A DNA stretch of 64,000 bases from an uncultured bacterium (GTDB lineage Bacteria; Krumholzibacteriota; Krumholzibacteriia; JACNKJ01): contig CAYTPZ010000003.1 of assembly GCA_964440095.1 (NCBI GenBank), positions 21,671-85,670 of the forward strand, in the 5' to 3' direction. The notes under the pieces are model-generated. The model did not search any database and was not told the DNA's origin. It saw only the letters and a program-made list of their open reading frames with translations. Position 1 is the first letter of the stretch. Each line of letters begins with the position of its first letter. Below, piece after piece: positions 12,187 through 24,392 of the stretch. The position numbers and the translations under genes are program-made.

Positions 12187-13506
12187 CTAGGACCAAAATC
12201 TCCGAATGGAGCTTCCCGGGAAATAAGCTTTCAAAATATCGCGATAATCATGCCCCGCCTTGCTCCGCTCGATGGCCCCCACCTGGCATAGGCCAATACC
12301 GTGCCCCCAGCCGGCTCCCACCGCGGTAACCCGCGTGAGCAGGCCCTGAGCGTCGTATTGCTTGCTCAAACGAAAGAGAGTGCTGCGCAGGGCCACGCCC
12401 TTCATATCGCGCTTGAGAGCCGATCGTACCCGATCGCCGATCACCTTGAAGCGCCCCCGATCGGTCACAGCCTCCAGCACCTGCACCCGCCCGTCAGAGC
12501 TGTACTTCAGAATGCGCAGGTCTTTCAGGCGACCGAGGCGGGTTCCCTTGGGAAGATTTGCCGCGGAGGGTAGATAGGCCCTCAGGATGGCTCCCAGTTC
12601 CTTAGCGCTCCAGCTGTGGGTCCAGCGGAAGTACTTGCTGCTGCGGCACCAGCTTTTGCCCTGGCGATCGGCGTCGCGCACTCCACTCATGTGCCGGGCT
12701 TCTTCATGACGCCAGGCCCGGTGGATATCGGCGGTGTGCCCCCCGCAAGTGCTCGAGTAGTAGATCTCGGCGGGCTCGCGCCCCAGGGAGACCAGTTCTC
12801 CCCGCGTTTCGCGAATGGCCCGGTCAGCCAAATCCCAGGAACCCGCGCCGCGATAGACCTGATCGGCGATGCTGTCCACCATGTCCCATTCATCCTTGCG
12901 GCTGGCCCGCAGGCGCTGAACCGCGTAGGTGCGGCTGGCCACGGCCTGCACCTTGAGAGCCTGGTAGCCGCTGCGTCCCAATCGACCGATCTCATGTGGC
13001 ACCACCCCGCGAAGATATTCCTCCATGGGCAGGTGATTCACGCAGGTGAAATGATCGTTTTGGGGAATCAGACGCAGTCGCCCGCGATAGCGCTTGCCGT
13101 TGAGCTCAAAAGAAGCGCTGCGGGGAACAATCCAGGTGTCCTTGTCCAAGGGGATGGTTCCACCCACGGCCTTGAGATTGCGACCCTCATGGGCGCCCTC
13201 GAAGATCTTCATATTCCCCGGGTCCTTGGGATCCTGAAACAGATGATAGGTCTTCTTGCCCTTGAGCCGGGCCAGGCGACGGCCCTTGGGGGAAATGATG
13301 TCCACGCTCTTGCTGCTTCGAATCTTCAGGGCGCTCACGCTCCGCACCAGCAGGATGCGCACCTCGGGCTCCTCCCCCGCCACCAGGACCGGTCGCGACT
13401 CGGCACTGCCGCCATCCGGATGGGTCTGCACAGGGCCCGAGACCTTGGGTGTACAGGCGGAGAGGATCAGCAGAAAGGGAAGCAGCAAGATGAGACGACG
13501 AATCAT
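12187..13506 (-). CDS. SpoIID/LytB domain protein (peptidoglycan lytic enzyme enhancer family)
   Basis: Conserved SpoIID block YYSSTCGGHTADIHRAW. Lipoprotein-type signal (MIRRLILLLPFLLILSAC) at the internal Met used here as the start. The track ORF starts 60 nt further upstream. Confidence 0.8.
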   Translation of the reverse strand: MIRRLILLLPFLLILSACTPKVSGPVQTHPDGGSAESRPVLVAGEEPEVRILLVRSVSALKIRSSKSVDIISPKGRRLARLKGKKTYHLFQDPKDPGNMKIFEGAHEGRNLKAVGGTIPLDKDTWIVPRSASFELNGKRYRGRLRLIPQNDHFTCVNHLPMEEYLRGVVPHEIGRLGRSGYQALKVQAVASRTYAVQRLRASRKDEWDMVDSIADQVYRGAGSWDLADRAIRETRGELVSLGREPAEIYYSSTCGGHTADIHRAWRHEEARHMSGVRDADRQGKSWCRSSKYFRWTHSWSAKELGAILRAYLPSAANLPKGTRLGRLKDLRILKYSSDGRVQVLEAVTDRGRFKVIGDRVRSALKRDMKGVALRSTLFRLSKQYDAQGLLTRVTAVGAGWGHGIGLCQVGAIERSKAGHDYRDILKAYFPGSSIRRFWS

Positions 13507-13507
13507 G

Positions 13508-14647
13508 TTACTCCTCGTTGCATGATGGCGGGGCGAGCAGACCCGCTTGCGCATCGCGCTCGGCACCGGTAACCGCAGACAGAGAAACCGGACGGCCGAG
13601 ATGGGCGAGATAGGCTAAAAGGGCGAAATCCAGTGCTTCCTTGGCCCCCACGGGGCAAGCCAGGGCCTCGAGGGTCTCAACACGAAGATGCGGCAAACGT
13701 TCCGACAGACGCAAAGGCAACTGCGAGTTTTTCGCCCCGCCGCCTGCCAGGTAAACCGCCTGAACGCTGCTGCCTTCCAGCGCGCGGGCCAAAGGCTCCA
13801 CGGTGAGATCGAGGAGGGTGGCCAAAAGGTCTTCCACTCCGAATTCCTCGGCCAGGTTCTCCAATTGTGCATCATTCAAAAAGCCTCGGCCGAACGTTTC
13901 TCGACCGGTGGATTTTGGCGGCAACTGGGCGAAGTAAGGATGGGACAGCCAATCTTCCAGCAGTGATTGATTCACCGAACCCAGGGCAGCGACTCGGCCA
14001 TCTTCATCGAAGGGCGTGTTCAGCAGAAGTCGGGCAACCCGATCCATGAGCAGATTGCCGGGACCGGTATCCCAGGCGCTTACATCTTCCGTGCCCACTC
14101 CCGGCGGAAGCAGCGTGAGGTTGGCGATGCCTCCCACATTCACCAGGGCGCGCGACTCCTCGGGATGGCGGCGCAGAAGGGCATCGGCCAGGGGAACCAA
14201 GGGTGCGCCCTGTCCACCCAAGGCCAGGTCGGGGCTGCGGAAATCGCCGATGGTGGACAGTCCCGTAAGTGTGGCGAAAACCGAGGCGTTCCCCAACTGC
14301 AGGCTGTATCCCTTCTCCGGTGCGTGGTGAAGAGTCTGTCCGGGAAATGCGGCCAGGTCTGCGGGGATATTTCCCGGCCACCTCTCACGCAGGAAGTCAG
14401 CGAAGTGCAGCGCAATGCCGTGGTTCAGGGCCGCGAAATCGGAAACCGGCATGGGACGATTCTCCGCCGCCGCTTCCAGTTTCTCGCGAAAAGCTATCGG
14501 CCAGGCTCGCTCCTCGTAGTCGAGTAATTCCCAGCCGAGGCCGGAATCACCCCTGCTGAAGAAGCGCGCGCGAACCAGATCCATGCCGTCCAGGCTGGTG
14601 CCGCTCATGAGTCCTATCACGGTCATTTCGGGATAGATTTGGCCCAT
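13508..14647 (-). CDS. anmK: Anhydro-N-acetylmuramic acid kinase
   Basis: N-terminal IGLMSGTSLDGMDLV, the AnmK signature. AAGGAGG RBS 6 nt before the Met used here. The stop abuts the SpoIID-like start (TAAcATG). Confidence 0.88.
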   Translation of the reverse strand: MGQIYPEMTVIGLMSGTSLDGMDLVRARFFSRGDSGLGWELLDYEERAWPIAFREKLEAAAENRPMPVSDFAALNHGIALHFADFLRERWPGNIPADLAAFPGQTLHHAPEKGYSLQLGNASVFATLTGLSTIGDFRSPDLALGGQGAPLVPLADALLRRHPEESRALVNVGGIANLTLLPPGVGTEDVSAWDTGPGNLLMDRVARLLLNTPFDEDGRVAALGSVNQSLLEDWLSHPYFAQLPPKSTGRETFGRGFLNDAQLENLAEEFGVEDLLATLLDLTVEPLARALEGSSVQAVYLAGGGAKNSQLPLRLSERLPHLRVETLEALACPVGAKEALDFALLAYLAHLGRPVSLSAVTGAERDAQAGLLAPPSCNEE

Positions 14648-14706
14648 GTCCCGCCTCCTTCGGGATGGGCAGTCTATCGGGCATAGCCGCTGCAAGCCAC
14701 GCTTTT

Positions 14707-16017
14707 CTATTTCGCCTGCCAGCGAAGAGTCATGGCGAGTTCCGTATCCAGGTTTGATCCCGCATCGCCATCCAGTTTTAGAAGTATGGGGCCACGATTC
14801 CAGCGCAGGGAAATGGACAAAGCCGCGCCTCTGCCGCGAAGACTGCGACTGCGGCGGGCGAGGAAGTCGCCGCTCATCAACCTGAATGATCGGCCCTCGC
14901 TGCTTCGAAATAAATAGAGGCGGCTCGCGAGAGTGAATCCGGATCCCAATTCTCGTTCACGCCATGAGATGTGGAGCAGAGCCGAGGGATCCTCGTTCTG
15001 CACGCCGCGCAGTACCGCTTCCCAAGACAGATCGCTTAGCCAGGCCAGACGAGCTTCCCAGCTTTCGGAATTCTCGGCGATCCAGATTGGGAAAACGGCA
15101 GGGGTAGCCGCTACAGACCAATCCTGATCCTGAAGGCGTCGCAATTCCAGATGCCATCGACCCTGCTCGCGGCGAAGATCGGCCGAAAGCAGGGTCTCCC
15201 TGCGCCAGCGATCTTCGGTCAAACCGATACCGCGGCGAAATCTGAGGCCGCCGAGGAATCGCCAGGCTCCCGAGCGCCAGGCCAAGGCGAAAGCGGCTTC
15301 CTGCCCGGACTCGGCGCCGATCCAGCCCCGGGATCGCCATAGCTCGGGGCGGGGTCCGCTGAGGCCCAAACCCTGAGCACTCCAGCGCAGAGTTCCTATG
15401 CGACCGTTGGCGCGCATGCGCAAGCCCAGGCGTGGCGAGGTCGCATGGGTGGCGGCGCTTTCCACTTCCAGCACATCGTTATCCCGCTCCCGGCGAAACC
15501 GGATGCTTGCACTGTCCCGCCCCCGAAGCCGGAGCAACCAGGCTCCCCGCCGCAGATCGGCGAGAGCGCCCAATCCTTCCTGCCAACCTGAGCGAATCTG
15601 AACGGATGATCCCCGCCAATCCAGAAAAACTCCGCGACCCAGATCTGAAAGGGACAGTGCCGATCGCGCCGGGCGAAGGGCTGGAATTGCCCCGAGGCGG
15701 GACCGGCGCCGGTCTTGCCCCAGCAGACCATCCTCCCGTCGAAGTGAGCCAAGAACAAGGCGAAATGAACCACCCTTGATGGCCACCGAAGCGCCAAGGC
15801 CGGAATCCGCGCGCAGGTCCGCGAGCAGTTCCATGGCCGATGTCACCCACTCGCCGCGAGCCTTGAGTGTGCCATCATCCTTGAGCCCAAGACCGAAGCT
15901 ACTTCGCCCTAGAGGACGCCAAAGGTCGGGCGGCAATTCATCGCCCAATAACTGAAGATCTTCCGCGGGTGCGGCAAAGGCCGCGAGAAGCAGAAGGATG
16001 GTTCCGCGCATCATAGG
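14707..16017 (-). CDS. Hypothetical Arg/Trp-rich secreted protein, probable outer-membrane beta-barrel
   Basis: Signal peptide at the internal start MMRGTILLLLAAFAAPA. Alternating hydrophobic/polar strands (ALSISLRW, LLHISWRER, FTLASRLYLF). The start overlaps the upstream stop (ctATGATGcgc). Confidence 0.45.
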   Translation of the reverse strand, partial: PMMRGTILLLLAAFAAPAEDLQLLGDELPPDLWRPLGRSSFGLGLKDDGTLKARGEWVTSAMELLADLRADSGLGASVAIKGGSFRLVLGSLRREDGLLGQDRRRSRLGAIPALRPARSALSLSDLGRGVFLDWRGSSVQIRSGWQEGLGALADLRRGAWLLRLRGRDSASIRFRRERDNDVLEVESAATHATSPRLGLRMRANGRIGTLRWSAQGLGLSGPRPELWRSRGWIGAESGQEAAFALAWRSGAWRFLGGLRFRRGIGLTEDRWRRETLLSADLRREQGRWHLELRRLQDQDWSVAATPAVFPIWIAENSESWEARLAWLSDLSWEAVLRGVQNEDPSALLHISWRERELGSGFTLASRLYLFRSSEGRSFRLMSGDFLARRSRSLRGRGAALSISLRWNRGPILLKLDGDAGSNLDTELAMTLRWQAK

Positions 16018-16718
16018 TAGCTTCCTAAAACAAGACTGCGCCCCACACCCAGCCAGGGATGCCAACGCAAGTGAAGCCTTGCGAAGCGCTTCTTGCCCTT
16101 CCAGCCCAGGGACAATTCCTGGCCAGGAGCGGGACCCCATGTCCAGGCGGCATTCCAGGTATCGCCTTGCCATTTCAAACGAAGCAGATCATCCACGCGG
16201 CCCTGGGCACTCAAGCCCCGCAGCCAGGCGGCATTCATGTTTTGAGTGGAAATGGATAGGGCCATAGCTTCCGAGCTGGATCTCGCGGAAATGCCTGATT
16301 CCGCCTGTTCATCCAATCGAAATCGCAGCCCCACTTTGATTGGTCCTTCCATGGCCAGGATAAAATCGAGCAAATGGAAGCGGCGACCCTCGAGAAATTC
16401 CATTCGAAGCCTGAGGCCCGGCGCGAGCCCTGCCAAGGCGGGGCCACGCATAACAAGATCCGCGCTTTGGGCCTGAAGCCCTTGCCAATCCTGCCATCCC
16501 AGATCGGCATTCCAACTAGTTTTAGCGCCCTGGTAAGTGGCAGCCAGATTGCCGCAGGTCGCCTGGGCAAAACTCCAAGGCTGGGAAGCACGCAGCCGGA
16601 TTTGCGTGGCCTGCGGATCCAGAAAATGGATAAGCGGATCTTCCGGGCCCTCGAGCGAGAGAATTTGACCCAGGGCGCATCCCCCGAGCAGCAGAGCGAG
16701 CAGGCACAGGCGAATCAT
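16011..16718 (-). CDS. Hypothetical lipoprotein (Trp-rich)
   Basis: Lipobox at the internal start MIRLCLLALLLGGCAL. Its ATG overlaps the stop of the upstream LTD gene (ATGA). Its stop overlaps the start of the next gene. Confidence 0.5.
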   Translation of the reverse strand: MIRLCLLALLLGGCALGQILSLEGPEDPLIHFLDPQATQIRLRASQPWSFAQATCGNLAATYQGAKTSWNADLGWQDWQGLQAQSADLVMRGPALAGLAPGLRLRMEFLEGRRFHLLDFILAMEGPIKVGLRFRLDEQAESGISARSSSEAMALSISTQNMNAAWLRGLSAQGRVDDLLRLKWQGDTWNAAWTWGPAPGQELSLGWKGKKRFARLHLRWHPWLGVGRSLVLGSYL

Positions 16719-18328
16719 GGGGCGCTCCTCAACATGAGGCAGAGACCGCGCTGCTGGCCTTCGCCGCCGCCGGGTTTTTCCCATGAGATCAGAAATGGAT
16801 AGGCACCCGACGGCATCTGCCGGCCTTCGCGATCACGACCATCCCATAGAAGGCGCAGATTGCCCGAGGACATGTTGCCGGGAATTTCCTGCACCGGCCG
16901 GCCCACGGCGTCGAACAAGCTGAGCCGTGCCGAATCGCCCTGCTCGCGCAGGCGAAACTCCACGGATTCGCGCGCCGGATCAAAGGGCTGAGGCCAAAGA
17001 CTCCAGGCTGTCTCCAAGTTACTGCCCATGGGATCGGGACCCGCAAGGGGATTGCTTCCCACCGGACATGGCGCCCAGGCCGAGGCACCCTCCTGTTCAT
17101 ACATTTGCAGTCGTTCCAGACTGCGGCCCTTCTCATCTATCCATTCACCCATGTAAAGGATGCCGTCGCTGTCGAGACCCTGCTCATCCTGCAGGCGGAG
17201 ACCGTCGGTCCAAGGAGGCCACTCACGGCTTTCGCCAAGGTTCGCCAAGCTCGGCCAGTTGGATAACTCCATCACCCGGGCCGCCACCAAGCCGGGATGC
17301 TCATCAAGCAATCGATCCCGATCCTGGCATAGGATGAAACGCTCACCCGGCGCCAGTGCGGGTAGCTGAAACGTGGCGAGGGCGCCGCTGAGATCCATAA
17401 GCTTCCAGGGACCGCCCGGCGTGAATCCCGAAGGCGCCAGACACTCCACCCACTCGCTTCGACCCGTAGTCGGTACGAACTGCACTTCACTCAGAAGCAG
17501 AGGTCCGGGTCCGCTGCGGCAAGGGAGCTCGAGACTGTCAGGAGGAATACTCCCGCCTCCGGCCATGAGAATCAGTTCATGGACTCCCTCGGCCATAGGC
17601 TGAATGAGAAGGTCCTCCACACTTTTGTGGCCTGGAGATAGACGAGGAAGCTCCAGGGTTTGGGTTCCCAGGGATAGGCGGGGTGCTTCGGGCCATGGCA
17701 GACGGCCGGTGTTTTCCAACTCCACCTGCAGGGTCCACTCCTCGCCGGGCCTGGGCGGTGGAATGGGAAGCCGTACAGCCAGGATGCTTAGGTCCAAATC
17801 GGGATCATTGAGTTCGCCCGGGCTGGGCTCCCAGGCGAAAAAATCGAGAACATTTTGATTGGTATCCACTCCGTCGGGCATGCGCGACAAACTCTTCCCC
17901 GATGGCGCGTCCATGGCGGGCCATGCTTCACAAAGCTCCGGGGGCAGATCTTCACCGTAGCCAAGGAGGTCGAGAATCTCTTCCCCTCGACGAAGCCTCA
18001 GGGCTTCGGGACCATTTTGCATGGCCAATTCCACAAGGGCATCAGGCGCAGGTACAACAAGAGCTTCGCCGATGAGGTAGATGCCCTCGCTAGGAAGGCT
18101 GCGGCCAGGTTCAGCCGTCCAAAGCGCCTCCCAGTTACCCGGATCGGATCCATTGCAGAATTCCAGCACCAGCCCATCGAGGCTTTGAGTCTCTCCCACA
18201 ACAATCAGTTCGACGAATTCGTAGCCGGTGTCGGCTCCCGCAGGATCGTAGAGAACTTCGTTGATGATGATGTCGGCGACCGCGGGTGCGGTCCAAATCG
18301 CCAATACGGCGAGACAGATCTGCCGCAT
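16715..18328 (-). CDS. Secreted lamin-tail-domain (LTD) protein with degenerate T9SS-type C-terminal domain
   Basis: Signal peptide, then IIINEVLYDPAGADTGYEFVELIVVGETQSLDGLVLEF (LTD signature). C-terminal LSLFDAVGRPVQEI...LLWDGRDREGRQMPSGAYPFLI. Confidence 0.65.
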   Translation of the reverse strand: MRQICLAVLAIWTAPAVADIIINEVLYDPAGADTGYEFVELIVVGETQSLDGLVLEFCNGSDPGNWEALWTAEPGRSLPSEGIYLIGEALVVPAPDALVELAMQNGPEALRLRRGEEILDLLGYGEDLPPELCEAWPAMDAPSGKSLSRMPDGVDTNQNVLDFFAWEPSPGELNDPDLDLSILAVRLPIPPPRPGEEWTLQVELENTGRLPWPEAPRLSLGTQTLELPRLSPGHKSVEDLLIQPMAEGVHELILMAGGGSIPPDSLELPCRSGPGPLLLSEVQFVPTTGRSEWVECLAPSGFTPGGPWKLMDLSGALATFQLPALAPGERFILCQDRDRLLDEHPGLVAARVMELSNWPSLANLGESREWPPWTDGLRLQDEQGLDSDGILYMGEWIDEKGRSLERLQMYEQEGASAWAPCPVGSNPLAGPDPMGSNLETAWSLWPQPFDPARESVEFRLREQGDSARLSLFDAVGRPVQEIPGNMSSGNLRLLWDGRDREGRQMPSGAYPFLISWEKPGGGEGQQRGLCLMLRSAP

Positions 18329-18358
18329 CTTCCTCCCCGGACCCGCCGGGAAGGCGGG

Positions 18359-20425
18359 CTAGACCAGGCCGTAGCGCTTTCTCAGGCCCCACTCCGCAGC
18401 CAGGAGCCCGAGAAAGAGGAGGAAGAAAAGGGGATGGTCCCAGATCCGTAGCCGGATCTTGCGAATCTGCTCATGGGCTTCGCGGGGCAAGGCTTCGCGA
18501 AGCGCGTCCTCTTGGACGCCAGGGAAAAACTCGCCATTGCTCACGGCGGCCAGCCACCTGAGAGCCGTAGGAGATGCTTCCGCCCGGGCGAATTCACCCA
18601 CGTCGGGCAGAATTGGAAATTCGGTCTGGCGTTCCAGGCTTTCGCCGCTTTGCAGTTGCGCTTCCAGCTCCAAGCTATAGTCCTCGGCGGGAAGTGCATG
18701 TAGCTGCGCGCTAAAATCGTCGCCCTCGCGCAGGGGCGCCTCGAAGCTGCCCGAGGCCACCCACTCGCCCTTCTCGCGTAGGGTCCAGCGCAACTCGCCT
18801 TCTTCGAGCCGGCGGAAACTCGCATCGAAGAGGCCGGCACGAAGCTCGGTGGATCTTCCGCTTCGTCGCAGTCTCTCCGGTGGAAGAAGCTGTATGCGCT
18901 CGGGCGGATTGCGCCGACTCAACCAGCGAACCAAGCCCGAATAGAGGGCCGCCAAATTCTCTCGCCCCGAATCATCGGCCAAAGCCATGCGATAGAGGCC
19001 TTCACCCGATAGCAGAACCTGTCGCCGGCCCTTCCACACCCGTGCGCCTAAAACCGTGCGGCCCTCGTTCTCGATGAGCGGCCTCAGCCCAGGGGCATCG
19101 AGGGATCGTATGGACTCCATTTCCGGCAGTGAGGCCGATGCTCCAGCCTTGGCTTCCAATGCGCCCAAAGCCTCATGCCGAAATGCCTCCGGTGCCCACC
19201 TGAGGGGATACTCTCCCGAGCTCGCCGGGTGCAGGCGCAGTTCCAAGCCCCAATCCTCGGGGTAGTTTGCCGCTCCCATGGCCCCTGGGCCCAAGAAAAT
19301 GCCGCCGGGATCCAAATTCGAAATCCAATCGCTCCAGCCGGGCTGTAGGGAGTGAAGCAGCAAGCCGTCGATCTGTTCGTCGCCGGGCCGCCAAGCCTCG
19401 CCCGTTTCTGCGTCCCGTGGTATGCCGCCTGCCCCCCCCACGATCAGGCGCAGGCCCATGTTTTCTTGATCCCGCAGAGCATCCAACAGGAAGGGCAGAT
19501 CCCATGCTGGGCGGCCGGCCAGAACGAGAATTTCCAATCGTTCATCCAAGACGTCCAGGCTGAAAACCTGAAGGTTGTTGGAGCTGTTCGCATCCTCACC
19601 GTCGCCTTCAAGCTCAAGGCTCAGGCGATGGGACCCCTCTTCTTCGAAGACGAGGGGAATGTCGATCTCGATCAGACCAGGACCTTCGTCCATCACCCAG
19701 GTCTGCTCATGGAGCAAGGTCTCGTTTTCGCGAAGGACGATGCGGCCCTGTCGCGCAGCTCCCTGCACCGACTGAATCTCGACCTGAATCGAGGCGCGCT
19801 CTCCCCGTTGAAGCAGTGCGGGAAAGCGAGGACGTTCCAGTCGCAGATCCGGCTGTGGCATCGAATCGCCCAGCATCATGGCCAGCACGGGACGGGATGC
19901 TTCATGGGCCCAAAGAGCACCGCCACGGTCCTGTCCGTCGCTGAGCAGGAGCAGTTTCTCGCCGGGGCGAGCTGCCGGCAGAGCTTCCAGCGCTGCGGCA
20001 AAATCGGTGAAAGCAGCTTCTGCTGATGCGGGGGGATCACCCTCGATCAAAGCCTCGCCGAAAGAGGCCACCTTCAACTCCAGGTCAGGCTCCTCGGCCA
20101 GCGCGTCAAGCAGTACCAGGGCAACCTGATAGCGGCTGTCACCTTCATCTGATCGATTCATGGGCAAGGACATACTCGCCGAAGCATCCAGCAGAACCTG
20201 CAGGCGGGGAGCTTGGCTATGTGTGCGCGTCCACTCGAGACTCCATCCACCCAGCATTAGTGCCAGCAAGAGGGACGCCGTGAGCCTGAAACTGATGAGC
20301 AGGCGTCGCCGCCCGGACCCGGGCCTGGGCTCCGTACGCAGATAAACCCAGACGGTCCAAGCCACAAGCGGCAGGAGCACTGCTAGAAAGAGAAGGGGAC
20401 GATCGAGGTGTAGGTCGAGATTCAT
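18359..20425 (-). CDS. BatA-like membrane protein: N-terminal double-transmembrane domain plus vWA (MIDAS DxSxS) and large extracytoplasmic region
   Basis: MNLDLHLDRPLLFLAVLLPLVAWTVWVYLR matches the aerotolerance-regulator N-terminal / two-anchor domain. LQVLLDASASMSL is a MIDAS motif. Confidence 0.65.
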   Translation of the reverse strand: MNLDLHLDRPLLFLAVLLPLVAWTVWVYLRTEPRPGSGRRRLLISFRLTASLLLALMLGGWSLEWTRTHSQAPRLQVLLDASASMSLPMNRSDEGDSRYQVALVLLDALAEEPDLELKVASFGEALIEGDPPASAEAAFTDFAAALEALPAARPGEKLLLLSDGQDRGGALWAHEASRPVLAMMLGDSMPQPDLRLERPRFPALLQRGERASIQVEIQSVQGAARQGRIVLRENETLLHEQTWVMDEGPGLIEIDIPLVFEEEGSHRLSLELEGDGEDANSSNNLQVFSLDVLDERLEILVLAGRPAWDLPFLLDALRDQENMGLRLIVGGAGGIPRDAETGEAWRPGDEQIDGLLLHSLQPGWSDWISNLDPGGIFLGPGAMGAANYPEDWGLELRLHPASSGEYPLRWAPEAFRHEALGALEAKAGASASLPEMESIRSLDAPGLRPLIENEGRTVLGARVWKGRRQVLLSGEGLYRMALADDSGRENLAALYSGLVRWLSRRNPPERIQLLPPERLRRSGRSTELRAGLFDASFRRLEEGELRWTLREKGEWVASGSFEAPLREGDDFSAQLHALPAEDYSLELEAQLQSGESLERQTEFPILPDVGEFARAEASPTALRWLAAVSNGEFFPGVQEDALREALPREAHEQIRKIRLRIWDHPLFFLLFLGLLAAEWGLRKRYGLV

Positions 20426-20458
20426 AGCCGCCGGTGAGAGCTTGGGGAAATGCCGTGA

Positions 20459-20845
20459 TCACTTCTTCCCTGAAGTGTCGCCCATGGCGGCGCCAAGATC
20501 CAGTACGGAAAGGCGGCGACCCTTGCCGTCTTTCATTTCTTCGTAGGATGTGGGGTCTAGCAGAAAGTGGATGCCGTCGCCCTTTTCCACTCGAAGCAGA
20601 TAGGTATAGCGGCCGGGCACGAGTTCGAGACTGCAGCGCCAATTGTCGCTGCCGACTTCCGAAAACACATCCTGCCCGGACTGCCACTGGTTGAAATCGC
20701 CCACGACACTCAGGGATTGGGCACGGCCCTGGTATTCCAGGAAAACATGGATACGGTCACCTTTGACGGCGGTTCGGGGGCCGCGGCTGGGAGCCGTGCA
20801 GGCGAGAAGTGCGGAAAGGAGCAGCAGGGGAAGGATTTGCTTCAA
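20459..20845 (-). CDS. Small lipoprotein with CBM48 / AMPK-beta-like glycogen-binding module
   Basis: TTG start with AAGGAG RBS 8 nt upstream. The TTG overlaps the TGA of the upstream gene (cTTGAag). Lipobox LLSALLACTAP. Module VFLEYQGRAQSLSVVGDFNQWQ...LELVPGRYTYLLRVEKGDGIHFLLDPTS. The track shows it fused into a longer read-through ORF (20459..21244). Confidence 0.55.
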   Translation of the reverse strand: MKQILPLLLLSALLACTAPSRGPRTAVKGDRIHVFLEYQGRAQSLSVVGDFNQWQSGQDVFSEVGSDNWRCSLELVPGRYTYLLRVEKGDGIHFLLDPTSYEEMKDGKGRRLSVLDLGAAMGDTSGKK

Positions 20846-21615
20846 GATCGATGCTCCTTGTAAAGCGAGGCACCCAGGCCCAGCAACTGACCGCTCACCA
20901 CCAGCTGCACCAAGGCCAGTATGCCCAGGAAGGGCAGCTTCGGCATATTGCCGCTGAGAACGAGATAGAAGAAGAGAAAGCCATACTGGATGAGGTAGAA
21001 CAGGCGTCCCATGAAAGTGGCCCTCATGGGCAAATGCCCCAGCGCCGCCTTCAAGCTGATGGCTCCCCCCAGCAGGATTGCATATCGCAGGGCGACCAGA
21101 ACCATGAGCCAAAGGGGTACGTGTTTGGCCGCATAGAGTGCCGTGAAGGTGAAAAAGCAGATCACGGCATCGATGCTGGGATCCACCATGCGTCCCAGTT
21201 GGGTAACCTCGTTCATGCGGCGCGCCAGGAATCCGTCCAGCCAATCGGTTAGGGCAGCCACGAAGAACACCCAGCCAGCGGTTTCCAGACGGCCGTCGAG
21301 AACGAGGATGAAGACCAGGGGTATGGCCAGCACTCTTACCAGTGTCACGCGAGTGGCAAGATTGAGCTTGGCCAGGGGCCGTCCATCAGGCGTGTAGAGC
21401 AGATGCACGTTGGCGGCCAGGAGATAGCCCACCAGGAGGCTCCAGGGAAAGGCGAATCCCAAATAGATCAGCACGCGGCCGCCCTGGAAGAAGATCAAGG
21501 CGGCGGCCACCTGGGCCAGACACATGAGAGCCATGTATCCCCACACGGAACGGCGCACCAGGCCCAAGCCCGATGCGCTACGTTCCGGTACGCTTATGTT
21601 CCGCGCCTCACTCAC
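20842..21615 (-). CDS. CDP-alcohol phosphatidyltransferase family protein (pgsA-like)
   Basis: Multi-TM protein with the D-x2-D-G-x2-A-R...G...D-x3-D motif (ALTDWLDGFLARRMNEVTQLGRMVDPSIDAV). Confidence 0.85.
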   Translation of the reverse strand: MSEARNISVPERSASGLGLVRRSVWGYMALMCLAQVAAALIFFQGGRVLIYLGFAFPWSLLVGYLLAANVHLLYTPDGRPLAKLNLATRVTLVRVLAIPLVFILVLDGRLETAGWVFFVAALTDWLDGFLARRMNEVTQLGRMVDPSIDAVICFFTFTALYAAKHVPLWLMVLVALRYAILLGGAISLKAALGHLPMRATFMGRLFYLIQYGFLFFYLVLSGNMPKLPFLGILALVQLVVSGQLLGLGASLYKEHRS

Positions 21616-21628
21616 CCGATCGCGTCTC

Positions 21629-24376
<2,748 letters not shown>

Positions 24377-24392
24377 GCTTGCCTCCGTATGA

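Noticed and set aside
16011-16784. Apparent 160-bp overlap between the 257-aa and 488-aa track ORFs (and 38-nt or longer overlaps elsewhere, e.g. recO, ybeY)
   Set aside because: The overlaps disappear when internal starts with signal peptides or RBSs are used (MIRLCLL... at ~16718; MMRGTILL... at ~16017). The track reports the longest ORF using ATG/GTG/TTG starts.
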